The translations under genes were made by a program, and so were the position numbers. DNA of 64,000 bases from assembly GCA_963662465.1 (NCBI GenBank), contig OY759599.1, forward strand, positions 4,320,001-4,384,000. The letters are read 5' to 3'. The notes beneath the pieces are model-generated. The model did not search any database. It had not been told where the DNA came from and saw nothing but the letters and a program-made list of their open reading frames with translations. How positions within the stretch are numbered: the first letter of the stretch is position 1; each line of letters begins with the position of its first letter. This document shows, in pieces, positions 51,173 through 60,633 of the stretch. This DNA comes from Desulfatiglandales bacterium (GTDB lineage: Bacteria; Desulfobacterota; DSM-4660; Desulfatiglandales; Desulfatiglandaceae).

Positions 51173-52551
51173 AGATCAAAAAAGTCTCCCGCGATATAAT
51201 CGAGAATAATGTTTTCCAGACGCGACAAATCAAAAAGTCCATATTTAAGCGCCTGTGTTATGGCTTTCAAAAAAGGTTCCCCGGGATAAGTGCGTTTCAG
51301 ATGAAGCAACCGACGTAACTTGACCACACCGCGACCGTGACTTCTTTTCTTCAGTTCAGCCACATACTCATCCAGGATGGCATCCTCTCCCGTCAACAGC
51401 TGTTCTTCTTTTGAAGGGATTCGGGGATCTTTTTTTCTTCGAATGGGAACATGGTGACCGGGCAGGGTTGTTCGGGTGTTGCGTTTATCCAGTATGCGGT
51501 CATGTTCCGCCACTTTTGTGTTTTTGTCGTAAACGATGACCTTGAGCCAATGTTTCTGTACTTCCAGGGAGTTCCCAATCAGCGCTTCAGGGACTGAATA
51601 GCGGTTGGTGTCCAAGTGCACATATCCCTGAACATCGGCTACCCTGTGTTCTGCCACATAGACTGGCGGCTGGTATGCCGGTAAATCAATGAGATATGGC
51701 TTTTCAATGACATAGGCCTCATCCGGCGTCATCCCTAAAGCCCGTTTAAACTTTTTATCGCTTGTATTCCGGCACCAGTCGATTGCCTGCCGGTTCAAAT
51801 CCTGCCAGCTAACAAATGTTCTACCGGGAAGAAAATTGTTTTCCACAAAATGAAAAGGCCTTTCCACACGGGCACTTCGATTGGCGTCTCCTACAGCATG
51901 GGCCTCAAACCGGGTTCCATACATATCGCCGAAGTATTTCATTTCAGGCGCAATCAATGCATCAGGCCCGGTGCCGCCGGCCACAATAACATTGGTGTTG
52001 TCAACCATGCACCGGGAACACACCCCGTCCATAAACTCGAATGCTTTTTTTAGGAAAACCTTGCACTCAAACCGGGTAAAACAGGGGTAATACTGAATAA
52101 AAATCCTTCGGCAAAAGGCCAGGGTCAGGGACGCGCACTGGGTCGACATTTTTTTCCCATTAATGACAACCAGATGGGGTGACGTATCATGCTGCATCTC
52201 CTGACCGGGTTTAAAATGGTATTGGCCCGCCCGTCTTTTTTTACGTTCCCGGATCTCGTACTTTCTCATAATCCAGGTCAGACTCTGATAAGGGATTTTG
52301 ATCTGTTGGCGGCTTTCCAGTTCCTCGGCTACTCGCACGGCATTTCCTTTACATTCCTTGAAAAGCTCGCGGATCAACGGGACATGTTCTTCATACCGGG
52401 AGTTCCTTTGGGGTACCGCCTCTTCGTCATGATCATCTAAAACCTTCGTGACGGTATTGCGACCGGCCTTCAGGGTTTTGGCGATGTCGCGCAAACTCAT
52501 GCCGGTTTTTTTCAATTCCACAATGGCATCTTTTTTGGATTGTCGGATCAT
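51169..52551 (-). CDS. istA: IS21 family DDE transposase
   Basis: N-terminal HTH, PGQEMQHD, VDN, ARVER triad, DTNRYSVP. Confidence 0.93.
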   Translation of the reverse strand: MIRQSKKDAIVELKKTGMSLRDIAKTLKAGRNTVTKVLDDHDEEAVPQRNSRYEEHVPLIRELFKECKGNAVRVAEELESRQQIKIPYQSLTWIMRKYEIRERKKRRAGQYHFKPGQEMQHDTSPHLVVINGKKMSTQCASLTLAFCRRIFIQYYPCFTRFECKVFLKKAFEFMDGVCSRCMVDNTNVIVAGGTGPDALIAPEMKYFGDMYGTRFEAHAVGDANRSARVERPFHFVENNFLPGRTFVSWQDLNRQAIDWCRNTSDKKFKRALGMTPDEAYVIEKPYLIDLPAYQPPVYVAEHRVADVQGYVHLDTNRYSVPEALIGNSLEVQKHWLKVIVYDKNTKVAEHDRILDKRNTRTTLPGHHVPIRRKKDPRIPSKEEQLLTGEDAILDEYVAELKKRSHGRGVVKLRRLLHLKRTYPGEPFLKAITQALKYGLFDLSRLENIILDYIAGDFFDL

Positions 52552-53432
52552 AATTGGGTCGCTTTCTTGAGTTCCAGTGCTTGTTTTTCTATCTTTTTCA
52601 CCCAGGTTTTGAGCGTTTGTTTCTTCAACTGATCGCTTTTTGGGTAATGGACATGCGAAACGGTTTTCACCAGACGTTTGAGAACCGCATATGCCATTTC
52701 AATATCCTTGAACCATTTGCCTTCCGGTCCATCATGAACTTCTTTGGCTTGTTTAGACTGGGTTCTTTGTTCGAGAACTTTTATGAAAAGGGATGGATTT
52801 TCCAGCATGTGGTCTCGAACAGACCGGTTGCTTTTCTGGTAATGTGCGTAGAAACGGGCCAGTTCCCTTGTGGATAGAGGTTCTTTTTCCAGGTGGGCCA
52901 ACAGTTTTTGTGCGTCTTCACCGTTGGCGCGCGCCAACGGCGCCATGACACGGCTGGCAGCCCAGGTTGAAAGTGAGCCTGCAATCACGGTTCTCAAAAT
53001 ATTTTCCGGCAGGGCTTCAACCAGGTCCAGCCGCCGTTTTACAAAACTCTTGTCGCGCCCTATTCGGGTTGCAATATGGGAGAGGCTGCACCCAAAACGC
53101 CGATGTAATTCCTGAAGTAAAACAGACTGCTCAATGACTTCCCATTGCCGTTCATTGGCCTTGGTTAAAAGCGAAAACATGGCATTTTGTTCGTTTTCTT
53201 TTGAGAATTGGACACATATCCGGTCCTTTCCACAAGCACAAAGCGCTCGAACACGCAGGTAGCCATCAATCAGAATCAGTTTGTCTTTTTCTTCAATAGC
53301 CAGGGCCGGAACGATCTGCCCGTAAGTTTCGATGGAATCCCTCAATCGCTTTAAAGCCTGGTGATTCATTATCCGGCAATGAGCGTAACGCAACTCCAGC
53401 AAATGAATATCAACGGTTCGGATGGATTCCAT
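52548..53432 (-). CDS. ParB/Spo0J N-terminal-domain protein with central HTH
   Basis: LRDSIETYGQIVP, ILIDGYLRVRAL (GxxRxxA), SLSHIATRIGRDKSFVKRRL. Confidence 0.85.
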   Translation of the reverse strand: MESIRTVDIHLLELRYAHCRIMNHQALKRLRDSIETYGQIVPALAIEEKDKLILIDGYLRVRALCACGKDRICVQFSKENEQNAMFSLLTKANERQWEVIEQSVLLQELHRRFGCSLSHIATRIGRDKSFVKRRLDLVEALPENILRTVIAGSLSTWAASRVMAPLARANGEDAQKLLAHLEKEPLSTRELARFYAHYQKSNRSVRDHMLENPSLFIKVLEQRTQSKQAKEVHDGPEGKWFKDIEMAYAVLKRLVKTVSHVHYPKSDQLKKQTLKTWVKKIEKQALELKKATQL

Positions 53433-53829
53433 ACCCAGTCTCCCGAAAGATTTCCTCTATGGTTTCTCCAAGACTGACCCAATTTCCTTGCCGGATCTCC
53501 TTTACCTGTTTCACAATCACAGGACGTCTGGGAAGCGAAAGAACCTGAAACAGACGGCCATCAAACCCAATCAGATCCTTGTCCAACAAGCCATCGCGGG
53601 CATCGATATATTGATCCAAATGCACCTTTAAAATCCGGCAGATTCTGTCGTAACCATAATAAGAGAGCCCGTTTTTGTCAGATACCAACACCAGAAAAAT
53701 GTAGAGCAGCAGCTCATGATGATTCAGGCTCTCCCAAAAGCCGTTTCTCAAAAAACGATGCTCCAGAAAGCCGAAGCTTCCATTGATGACACGCACTCTT
53801 TCGGGAAAAAGGACTCTTTTTTTGATCAT
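53410..53829 (-). CDS. Hypothetical winged-HTH protein
   Basis: ELLLYIFLVLVSDKNGLSYYGYDRICRIL...ARDGLLDKDLI; AGGAGA RBS. Confidence 0.7.
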   Translation of the reverse strand: MIKKRVLFPERVRVINGSFGFLEHRFLRNGFWESLNHHELLLYIFLVLVSDKNGLSYYGYDRICRILKVHLDQYIDARDGLLDKDLIGFDGRLFQVLSLPRRPVIVKQVKEIRQGNWVSLGETIEEIFRETGYGIHPNR

Positions 53830-53841
53830 TTTTTTCTCCTG

Positions 53842-54258
53842 TCATGGATATGGGGTTTTCTCAAAGCCTGTTACATCTGAAAAAACCCTCCCTGCATAAG
53901 CACGGCGAGGAAAATGGTCCACAACAACCCCGATCGACCCGCAAAAAAGACAGCTGGGTCGGTTCCCCGACCGCTTTTTGGGTTCAATATCACAGTCTTT
54001 TTGAGGTGTTGAACTATCATCACCAGGGTTCAGTCCATTTTTTTTGGATTTTTTTGTTTTTTCGTACAAACGACGGCGCTCTTTCCCTTTTTTCGAATTG
54101 CGGTATTTCCCCTGAGCTTTCCGGTGCAGCTGTCTTTGGCGTATCCTGCGACATCGTTCCCCACAATAGGCCTGGCCACGCCAACACGACCGACAGACGT
54201 GAAAAAAGCAACCACAACATCGGCATTGAACCACTCTTAAAAGGACATCTCCCATCAT
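53842..54258 (-). CDS. Cys-rich, basic putative Zn-finger protein
   Basis: CRCCGCFFHVCRSCWRGQAYCGERC plus C-terminal CLFC; start uncertain. Confidence 0.65.
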   Translation of the reverse strand: MMGDVLLRVVQCRCCGCFFHVCRSCWRGQAYCGERCRRIRQRQLHRKAQGKYRNSKKGKERRRLYEKTKKSKKNGLNPGDDSSTPQKDCDIEPKKRSGNRPSCLFCGSIGVVVDHFPRRAYAGRVFSDVTGFEKTPYP

Positions 54259-54334
54259 TCCGGCCTTGCAATTGGCCGGAAACACACTTATATAAAATTG
54301 GCGTGTGTGTGGCTTCCGGCTCTATCCGGTGGTC

Positions 54335-54370
54335 AAAAAAGAAGGCCCGAAGCGGCTACTTCGGGCCTTC
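54335..54370 (-). terminator. Intrinsic terminator upstream of the transposon operon
   Basis: Minus strand GAAGGCCCGAAG-TAGCCG-CTTCGGGCCTTC then TTTTTT. Confidence 0.8.
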
Positions 54371-54627
54371 ACCATCCATTCTACAAAGTAAATCGCATTT
54401 CCACTTAACCAAGCCTCTGTCTTGGAAGAAGAAAACCAAATCCAAAGAAAATAGATTTTATAAAAATTTATTGAAAAGTAAATCTACATCAACGACTCCT
54501 TTGCCGCCACTTATGGATCCCTCATCGTCCGCTATACCTGAGGGCCGTACTCACCGGCGGTGACAGCCAATGGTTCAATTTCCATTAGCAAACTTGGTTC
54601 AGTTTTGATTAGCGTTGAAGTCTCGGA

Positions 54628-54777
54628 TATGAGATGAGACATTTCGACGTTTACCTGTGGGTGGAAAACGTCTTTGATAAAGAGTATCTTGCCTGGTTGT
54701 CTCCTTACAACAAAAATACCGTTGGACTCGACGGTCCACCCCGAACCTTCGGCGCAACAGTGAGCTGGCGATTTTGA
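54628..54777 (+). pseudogene. TonB-dependent receptor, 3' part
   Basis: YEMRHFDVYLWVENVFDKEY...GPPRTFGATVSWRF*; joins in frame to 47964-49895 giving 693 aa, the same length as the paralog at 60634. Confidence 0.93.
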
Positions 54778-54854
54778 TGTTCAGACAACTTTCGGAGAAC
54801 AATCCCGAGCAAGGCGCTAAAAAAAACCAGCGAAGACGATGGGAGGCAAAAAAA

Positions 54855-55628
54855 TTGAAAAAAATTGCATTTATCACCGTTTGGTTTGTGTGGGGGGTTT
54901 GTTTTTGTAAAGATCTGCCCGCCTTTCCCGAAAATTTTCCGGCGAAAATCAAAAAGCCGGTGAATGAATCGATTTCCATCCGCCTGAAGACACAGAAAGC
55001 CAAGGACGAATGGGCCGGGGAACGGCTCAAGCTCAAGACGGAATATGAAGCGCTGGAACTGGAAACCAAGCTGAGAACCAAAGAAAATATCGAATTGGAA
55101 AAAAAATTGCTCCTTCTTGAGGCCTCGGTTAAAGCGCTTAAACGAGAAATTAAGGAGAGCTCCCGCCTTTCAAGGGAGCTGGCGCCTTTCCTCCAACAAA
55201 CATTTGAACGACTGGAACAATTGGTAAAGGAGGATATTCCCTTTCTGAAAGATGAACGAAAACGACGTTTGGAAAACTTGCGCCGTGTTCTGTTTGATCC
55301 CATGATTACCACGGCTGAAAAATTCAGGAAGATAATGGAAGCGTTGTCCATTGAAGCCGAATACGGCAACACCATTGAAGTATATCAGGAAAACATAACA
55401 CTGAATGGCAAAAAAATGCAGGTCGACATCTTTCGACTGGGAAGAATCTCCCTGTTTTTTCAAACCCCGGATGAAAAGACCACCGGATATTTTGATCCAG
55501 CCCTTTCGATCTGGAAGGCGCTGCCTCACCAGTATAAACATGACGTAAAAGCAGCAATGGAAATGGGCGCCAAACGGCGATCTGTAGACCTGTTGAATCT
55601 GCCGCTTGGAAAGGTGGTGGCGAGATGA
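54855..55628 (+). CDS. DUF3450 family periplasmic protein
   Basis: DIPFLKDER..R, AEKFRKIMEALSIEAEYG, RLGRISL; GGAGG then TTG start. Confidence 0.85.
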   Translation: MKKIAFITVWFVWGVCFCKDLPAFPENFPAKIKKPVNESISIRLKTQKAKDEWAGERLKLKTEYEALELETKLRTKENIELEKKLLLLEASVKALKREIKESSRLSRELAPFLQQTFERLEQLVKEDIPFLKDERKRRLENLRRVLFDPMITTAEKFRKIMEALSIEAEYGNTIEVYQENITLNGKKMQVDIFRLGRISLFFQTPDEKTTGYFDPALSIWKALPHQYKHDVKAAMEMGAKRRSVDLLNLPLGKVVAR

Positions 55629-57063
55629 CGGCGAAATTCGTTTCGAGCCTTGCAGCCCTTGGAATGGTCCTGATCCTGACGGCAACGGGCGGCGCTCAGG
55701 ACATGCGGGCGCGGCAAGTGGATGCAAAAGCAAAAAGAGCGATTCTTCTCGAAAAATCAATACAAGAGAAACACCGTGCGGAAAAAGAAGCCGATGAAAC
55801 AAAACAGAAGATTCTGACAAACAAGACATTGCTAAAAAAAGAGATCGCCGGTTTGAAAAAGGCACAAAAAGAACAAACAGATAAAAACCTGAACCTGAAA
55901 AATCGCATTAAAGAACTGGAGTCCGAACAAATAACGCTAAGACAACAAAAAAATGAAGCGGAAGGGGACATGCGTGAATTGTTGGGCTTTATCCGTATCA
56001 GCGCCAAGGAAATCGCCGCCCTCATCAGCCGAAGCCTTCAGAGCGCCCTCACACCAGACCGTGAGGCGCCCTTGAAGCCGATTTTGGATGAAAAGAGATT
56101 CCCGGGGATGGATGACATTTGCGCGATAGTTGAGATCCTTTTTGATGAAATCACCCGATCCGGTGAAGTCAGAATCGAAGAAGGGTCTTTCGTGAATCGA
56201 TCGGGTGAGGAAACCTCCGGCGAAATCTTGATATTGGGCAACTTTACAGCAGCCTACAGACAGGCTGAAGAAACCGGATTTCTGCTCTATTCAGATAAGG
56301 GCAGGCGTCTTCTTGCCCTCTCCAAACTCCCCAATCGAAAAACGGCAAAGGCGCTCCGCGTTTATATGGAGGGAAAATCAGAAAATGTTCCCCTTGATAT
56401 TTCAAAAGGGGCGGCACTGCGGCAATTAACCCATCGTCCGAACCTTATGGCGCGGATTGCCAAGGGCGGACCCATTGTGTGGCCGATTCTAGGCATAGCG
56501 GTACTGGCGTTGTTAATCATCCTGGAACGAAGCTTATACCTGATCCGAAAAGACATGGGCGCCGGACGCTTGGCCAACATGGTGTGCAAGAACGCCGCTT
56601 TGCGGAAATGGGACAGATGCTGCGACCTGTGCAAACGGGGCGGGAAAAAACCGATACCTGGAATGCTCCTGGCAGGGATCAACAATCGGACCACGGGGCG
56701 GGAAGAGATGGAAAACGTTTTGCACGAGGCCATATTGAACGAAATCCCAAAGTTGGAGCGGTTTCTTTCCACTCTTGGGATGCTGGCGGCCATCTCACCG
56801 CTTTTGGGCCTTCTGGGAACCGTTACCGGCATGATCAATACCTTTCACGTGATTACCTATTTCGGCGCTGGCGACCCTAAAATGATGTCGGGAGGCATAT
56901 CCGAGGCCCTTGTGACCACCATGCTCGGTCTTTCGGTCGCCATACCCATCACATGTTGAGCCATACCCTTTTATCCGGAAAGGTGGAGAAAATGATCGCG
57001 AGGATGGAAGAAAAGGCGGTTTCCTTTGTCAATATCGTTTTCAAAACGAGAGAAGAAAAATGA
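55625..57063 (+). pseudogene. Long MotA/TolQ/ExbB protein with frameshift near the 3' end
   Basis: PLLGLLGTVTGMI, GISEALVTT; stops at 56959, but natural tail MLSHTLLSGKVEK...REEK* continues in another frame to 57063. Confidence 0.8.
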
Positions 57064-57674
57064 TCCAACTGTTTCAGAATCATATTTTTCGCATCGAAAC
57101 CATGATCGAAGCCGGCGGATTTGTCATGCCCCCCCTGATAGCGTTGTCTGTGGTCATGTGGATTCTTATCATCCACCGGGTCTTTTTCTTCAGGCGGCTA
57201 TACAGAAAAAACATGACCCGAAAAAAAGCGGCAAAATACCTGAAAGAAGGCCGATACCCAAATTTTAAGACGTACCGGGGCGCAACAGCGTTGCTTCTGA
57301 CCCGGTTCCTGGATCGAAAAAGCAATAATGCCGGTCTGAACAAGTTTATTCTGGATGAAGCGGTTTTGGATCTCATATCCTCCCTGAATCGTTATCTTTC
57401 CTTGATCGGCGTCCTTGCGACGCTGGCCCCCCTGCTCGGCTTGCTGGGCACGGTGACGGGGATGATGACAACCTTTGATGTCATCTCCGTCTTCGGAACG
57501 GGAAATGCCAAAGCCATGGCGGGCGGTATAAAAGAAGCCTTGATTACCACTCAAACCGGACTGATGGTTGCGATTCCCGGTCTCTATATGAGCCATTTTC
57601 TGAACCGCAGGGCAGAAAATCTGAAACAGCGCATCTTGGCGATTGGCAGCTATCTGCGCAGGCGTTTACGATGA
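57060..57674 (+). CDS. exbB: MotA/TolQ/ExbB proton channel
   Basis: APLLGLLGTVTGMM, GIKEALITTQTGL. Confidence 0.9.
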   Translation: MIQLFQNHIFRIETMIEAGGFVMPPLIALSVVMWILIIHRVFFFRRLYRKNMTRKKAAKYLKEGRYPNFKTYRGATALLLTRFLDRKSNNAGLNKFILDEAVLDLISSLNRYLSLIGVLATLAPLLGLLGTVTGMMTTFDVISVFGTGNAKAMAGGIKEALITTQTGLMVAIPGLYMSHFLNRRAENLKQRILAIGSYLRRRLR

Positions 57675-57744
57675 AAACACCGGCATCCCAAGACCGTCCT
57701 CATACAACAAATACAAGATCGAGACAATTTTTTGGAGCAACCTT

Positions 57745-58167
57745 ATGTTGAATATTGCCGCGGCTCGGAAGGGAAGAAAAAGGGTCATTGAACTGAATAT
57801 TGCGCCCCTCATCGATATGGTGTTTATCCTGCTGATATTCTTTCTGGTAACCACCAGTTTCGTCAGGGAAACCGGTGTTGACATCAACAGGCCGACTGCT
57901 GCTGCGGCAATCGGTAAAAAGAAGGCGAATATTCTCATCGGCATCACGAAAGACGATAGGATTTTCATGGACAAACGGGAAATAGACCTGCGCGCGGTCA
58001 GGGCCAATGTGGAACGCATACTGGCAGAAAACCCCGAAGGCTGCGTGGTGGTTGTCGCTGATCGGGACAGTCGAACAGGGATTGCCGTCAATGTGATAGA
58101 CGAGTGCAAACTGGCCGGTTCCAAAAACATCTCCTTGGGGGCAGGTCTGCCCGAAACATCGAAATAA
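57745..58167 (+). CDS. exbD: Biopolymer transporter ExbD
   Basis: NIAPLIDMVFILLIFFLVTTSF. Confidence 0.92.
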   Translation: MLNIAAARKGRKRVIELNIAPLIDMVFILLIFFLVTTSFVRETGVDINRPTAAAAIGKKKANILIGITKDDRIFMDKREIDLRAVRANVERILAENPEGCVVVVADRDSRTGIAVNVIDECKLAGSKNISLGAGLPETSK

Positions 58168-58180
58168 CAGCGTCGTTCAT

Positions 58181-58891
58181 ATGATAACATCCGCAAAAAA
58201 AAATAATTGTACAAGACATGGGGCTCGGCTTTTTCCTTCATGGATAGGCGCGCTGATTTTTTCCCTATTGTTCAACCTTGCGCTGTTTGACCTTATGCCC
58301 CTGTTAATGGACGATAATCCGGGCAGGCCTCCGGATATTTCGCATCTTGAGGCCGTTCATGTTGTACGCATCAAGCGACCGGAGCCGCCACGCAGAAAAG
58401 AGATCAAAACAGAAAAAACGCCGGAGAAACCGCCAAAAAAGAGATCCCCCAAAAAATCAGTTTACACCAATGAACCCATGAAAACGGCTTTGGATCTTCC
58501 CTTTGAAATAAACCGGAAATTGCCTGTCGCTGCCGCATCCTTTCAAGTCCCGCCCATGCCGATGAAGCGTTTTGTTTTGAATCCGCCGGGGCTGAAAGCA
58601 TCTTACAATGTAGGTGAAATCGATCACCCCCTAACACCCCTTTCACAGGCCCCGCCCATCTATCCCTGGCAAGCCAAACGAAGGGATATCGAAGGCCGGG
58701 TCAAGATAAGATTCATCGTTGATGAAGAAGGCCGAGTAGGCCATATCGAAATTCTGGAAAGCCATCCCAGAGAGATATTTGATGACGCCGTGGTCAGGTG
58801 CGTCTCCGGCTGGCGCTTTAAACCCGGAACCGTGGAAAACATCCCGGTCAAAACACTGACTGAAACAACCATAAAATTTAAGCTCGAATAG
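58181..58891 (+). CDS. tonB: Energy transducer TonB
   Basis: TM helix, Pro/Lys linker, PIYP...EGRV...FDDA...WRFKP. Confidence 0.9.
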   Translation: MITSAKKNNCTRHGARLFPSWIGALIFSLLFNLALFDLMPLLMDDNPGRPPDISHLEAVHVVRIKRPEPPRRKEIKTEKTPEKPPKKRSPKKSVYTNEPMKTALDLPFEINRKLPVAAASFQVPPMPMKRFVLNPPGLKASYNVGEIDHPLTPLSQAPPIYPWQAKRRDIEGRVKIRFIVDEEGRVGHIEILESHPREIFDDAVVRCVSGWRFKPGTVENIPVKTLTETTIKFKLE

Positions 58892-58899
58892 GAAAACAA

Positions 58900-60240
58900 A
58901 TGATATCTTTAACATCAAGAACCGTCATCTTTCTGGTTGCCGCTTCAACCCTCCTTTTGTCGCCCCCCAAACTCCGCGCTGAAAGCCAAACGGAGTCTAT
59001 TCCGCTTCATGCACGGAGAATACTCTCCAAGACCCGGGAACTGATTGAGGAATGCAAGTACAAAGAAGCGGCTGAACGACTTCAAACCTTCAAAAAAAAG
59101 GGAGGCAAACTAAAACCGAATGAAGCCGATAAAAAAGGATTCCGACACTATCTGATTCATTTCACTTTGGGAAACTGCTATTTGATGACCGAAAACCTGA
59201 AAGAGAGCCGATCCTGTTATCGGGCATCGGTCGCCGCAAATCCTCATTTCCATGCAGGCTGGATGAACTTGGCAAAATGCTGCTATGAGATGAACGATTA
59301 TTCCGGCGCCGGTCAGGCTTTTTTAAAAGGCTATCAGACCGGTCCCGTAAAAGACCCTGAAATCCTTTATCATGGCGCAGTCTGTTTTATAGCCGCCGAA
59401 AACAGCAAAAGGGCCTTGGGCTTTCTGGAAAGATTGTTCAGGGAATATCCGTTGCGCGCTACGGTCAAATGGAGGGAAGCTATTGTTCGGGTTTATTTTT
59501 CCCTCAATCAGCCCCGAAAGGCGCTCCCCTTTATTGAACACCTTTCAGAAGATGCCGAAGGAAACAAAAAGAAGCAGTGGCAAGAGATAAGACTTCAGCA
59601 GTATATTGTGTTGAACATGGAGAAAGAAGCCTTAGGATACGGAGAACAACTGACGCGAGATGATCCGCTGGAAGCCAAATGGTGGAAAGGCCTGGCGCAT
59701 CTCCATCTCAAAAAAAAACGTTATAGACCCGCTCTGGTTGCGCTTAACATAAAGGGCTTGCTAGAACCTCTTACCCGGCAAGAGCAAATAACCCTCGCCG
59801 ATTTGAATATGACCGTCGGCATTCCCGTACAGGCGATTCGATGTTTAACAAAGATTGCCAAAGATAATTTAACGCATGATATTGCATGCCGGATTATTGA
59901 GGGATATAGCCGTCTGCACAAACCCGAAAAGGCCCTCAAATGGGTGGATATGGGTCTCCAAAAAGGGAACAACCCAAGAATTTTGATGCTGAAAGGAAAC
60001 CTCCTTTATGAACAGGGAAAATTCCAAAAGGCCAGCGCCGCTTTTGAATTGGCGGCGTTATCCAAAAAGGAAGGCCCCGGAAAGGCCTGGCTCATGGCGG
60101 GATATGCCGCATGGGAAGCTAAAGATCTGCAAAAAGCGCATAATTTCTTCAAAAATGCTGCTCGTTGCGGCAAGCAGAAGGCAGCCGCACAAAAAGCCCT
60201 GCGGCAACTGAACCGGAATATTGCTCCAATCACCAAATGA
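58900..60240 (+). CDS. Tetratricopeptide repeat protein
   Basis: Signal peptide and repeated TPR-like helices at the end of a TonB operon. Confidence 0.8.
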   Translation: MISLTSRTVIFLVAASTLLLSPPKLRAESQTESIPLHARRILSKTRELIEECKYKEAAERLQTFKKKGGKLKPNEADKKGFRHYLIHFTLGNCYLMTENLKESRSCYRASVAANPHFHAGWMNLAKCCYEMNDYSGAGQAFLKGYQTGPVKDPEILYHGAVCFIAAENSKRALGFLERLFREYPLRATVKWREAIVRVYFSLNQPRKALPFIEHLSEDAEGNKKKQWQEIRLQQYIVLNMEKEALGYGEQLTRDDPLEAKWWKGLAHLHLKKKRYRPALVALNIKGLLEPLTRQEQITLADLNMTVGIPVQAIRCLTKIAKDNLTHDIACRIIEGYSRLHKPEKALKWVDMGLQKGNNPRILMLKGNLLYEQGKFQKASAAFELAALSKKEGPGKAWLMAGYAAWEAKDLQKAHNFFKNAARCGKQKAAAQKALRQLNRNIAPITK

Positions 60241-60527
60241 GGGAATGGGAACATTGTTGACTTTGATGCGTTAACATGTTGCCGTCAGAAAAAAAGTGAG
60301 GATAACTGATGCCGAGGGCATGTTTTGAACGATTGTGCGCGTTTCATAAAAGATCGTGCATTGCGGAAAAGACAACCCTGTCCCAACCGTTCTATTTTAC
60401 CACGCATTGCGATGGTGAAGCCTTTTTATATAGCGCACCGCATTTCGGCGCGCCTTAGACCGTCCTCCGGCATGTTTAATAGCATCAAGAAGATGTTGTA
60501 ATACACCAAAGCAAGCCAAGACACCAT

Positions 60528-60584
60528 AAAAAAGCCATGAAGGCGTACAGGTTGAAATCTGTGCTTTCTTCATGGCTTTTTTTT
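60528..60584 (+). terminator. Terminator-like hairpin in the receptor leader
   Basis: AAAAAAGCCATGAAG...CTTCATGGCTTTTTTTT, 50 bp before the start codon. Confidence 0.65.
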
Positions 60585-60633
60585 GTTTTTGGATGATAAA
60601 ACCGTAAAAGTAAAAATCAGAAAGGCGGAAAAC

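Larger units (their letters stand above)
49896..54620 (-). mobile_element. IS21-derived transposon with ParB-like, wHTH and Zn-finger accessory genes
   Basis: Direct repeat TCTCGGA at 49889-49895 and 54621-54627; terminal IRs CTTGGGCGCTAACCAAAATGGAACCA vs (rc) CTTCAACGCTAATCAAAACTGAACCA with a second internal GCTA...GAACCA repeat at each end; istA/istB inside. Confidence 0.93.

Noticed and set aside
49896..54620. Tn7/CAST-like or RNA-guided transposon
   Set aside because: No TnsA, TniQ, Cas or TnpB motifs; transposase and ATPase are IstA/IstB type
56954..56959. Selenocysteine or stop readthrough at the exbB TGA
   Set aside because: The conserved continuation is in a different frame, so this is a frameshift
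60241..60530. Cobalamin riboswitch before the receptor
   Set aside because: Only a faint AAGCCAAGAC resemblance; the GGGAA...GCCCCCGCAACTGT core is not evident
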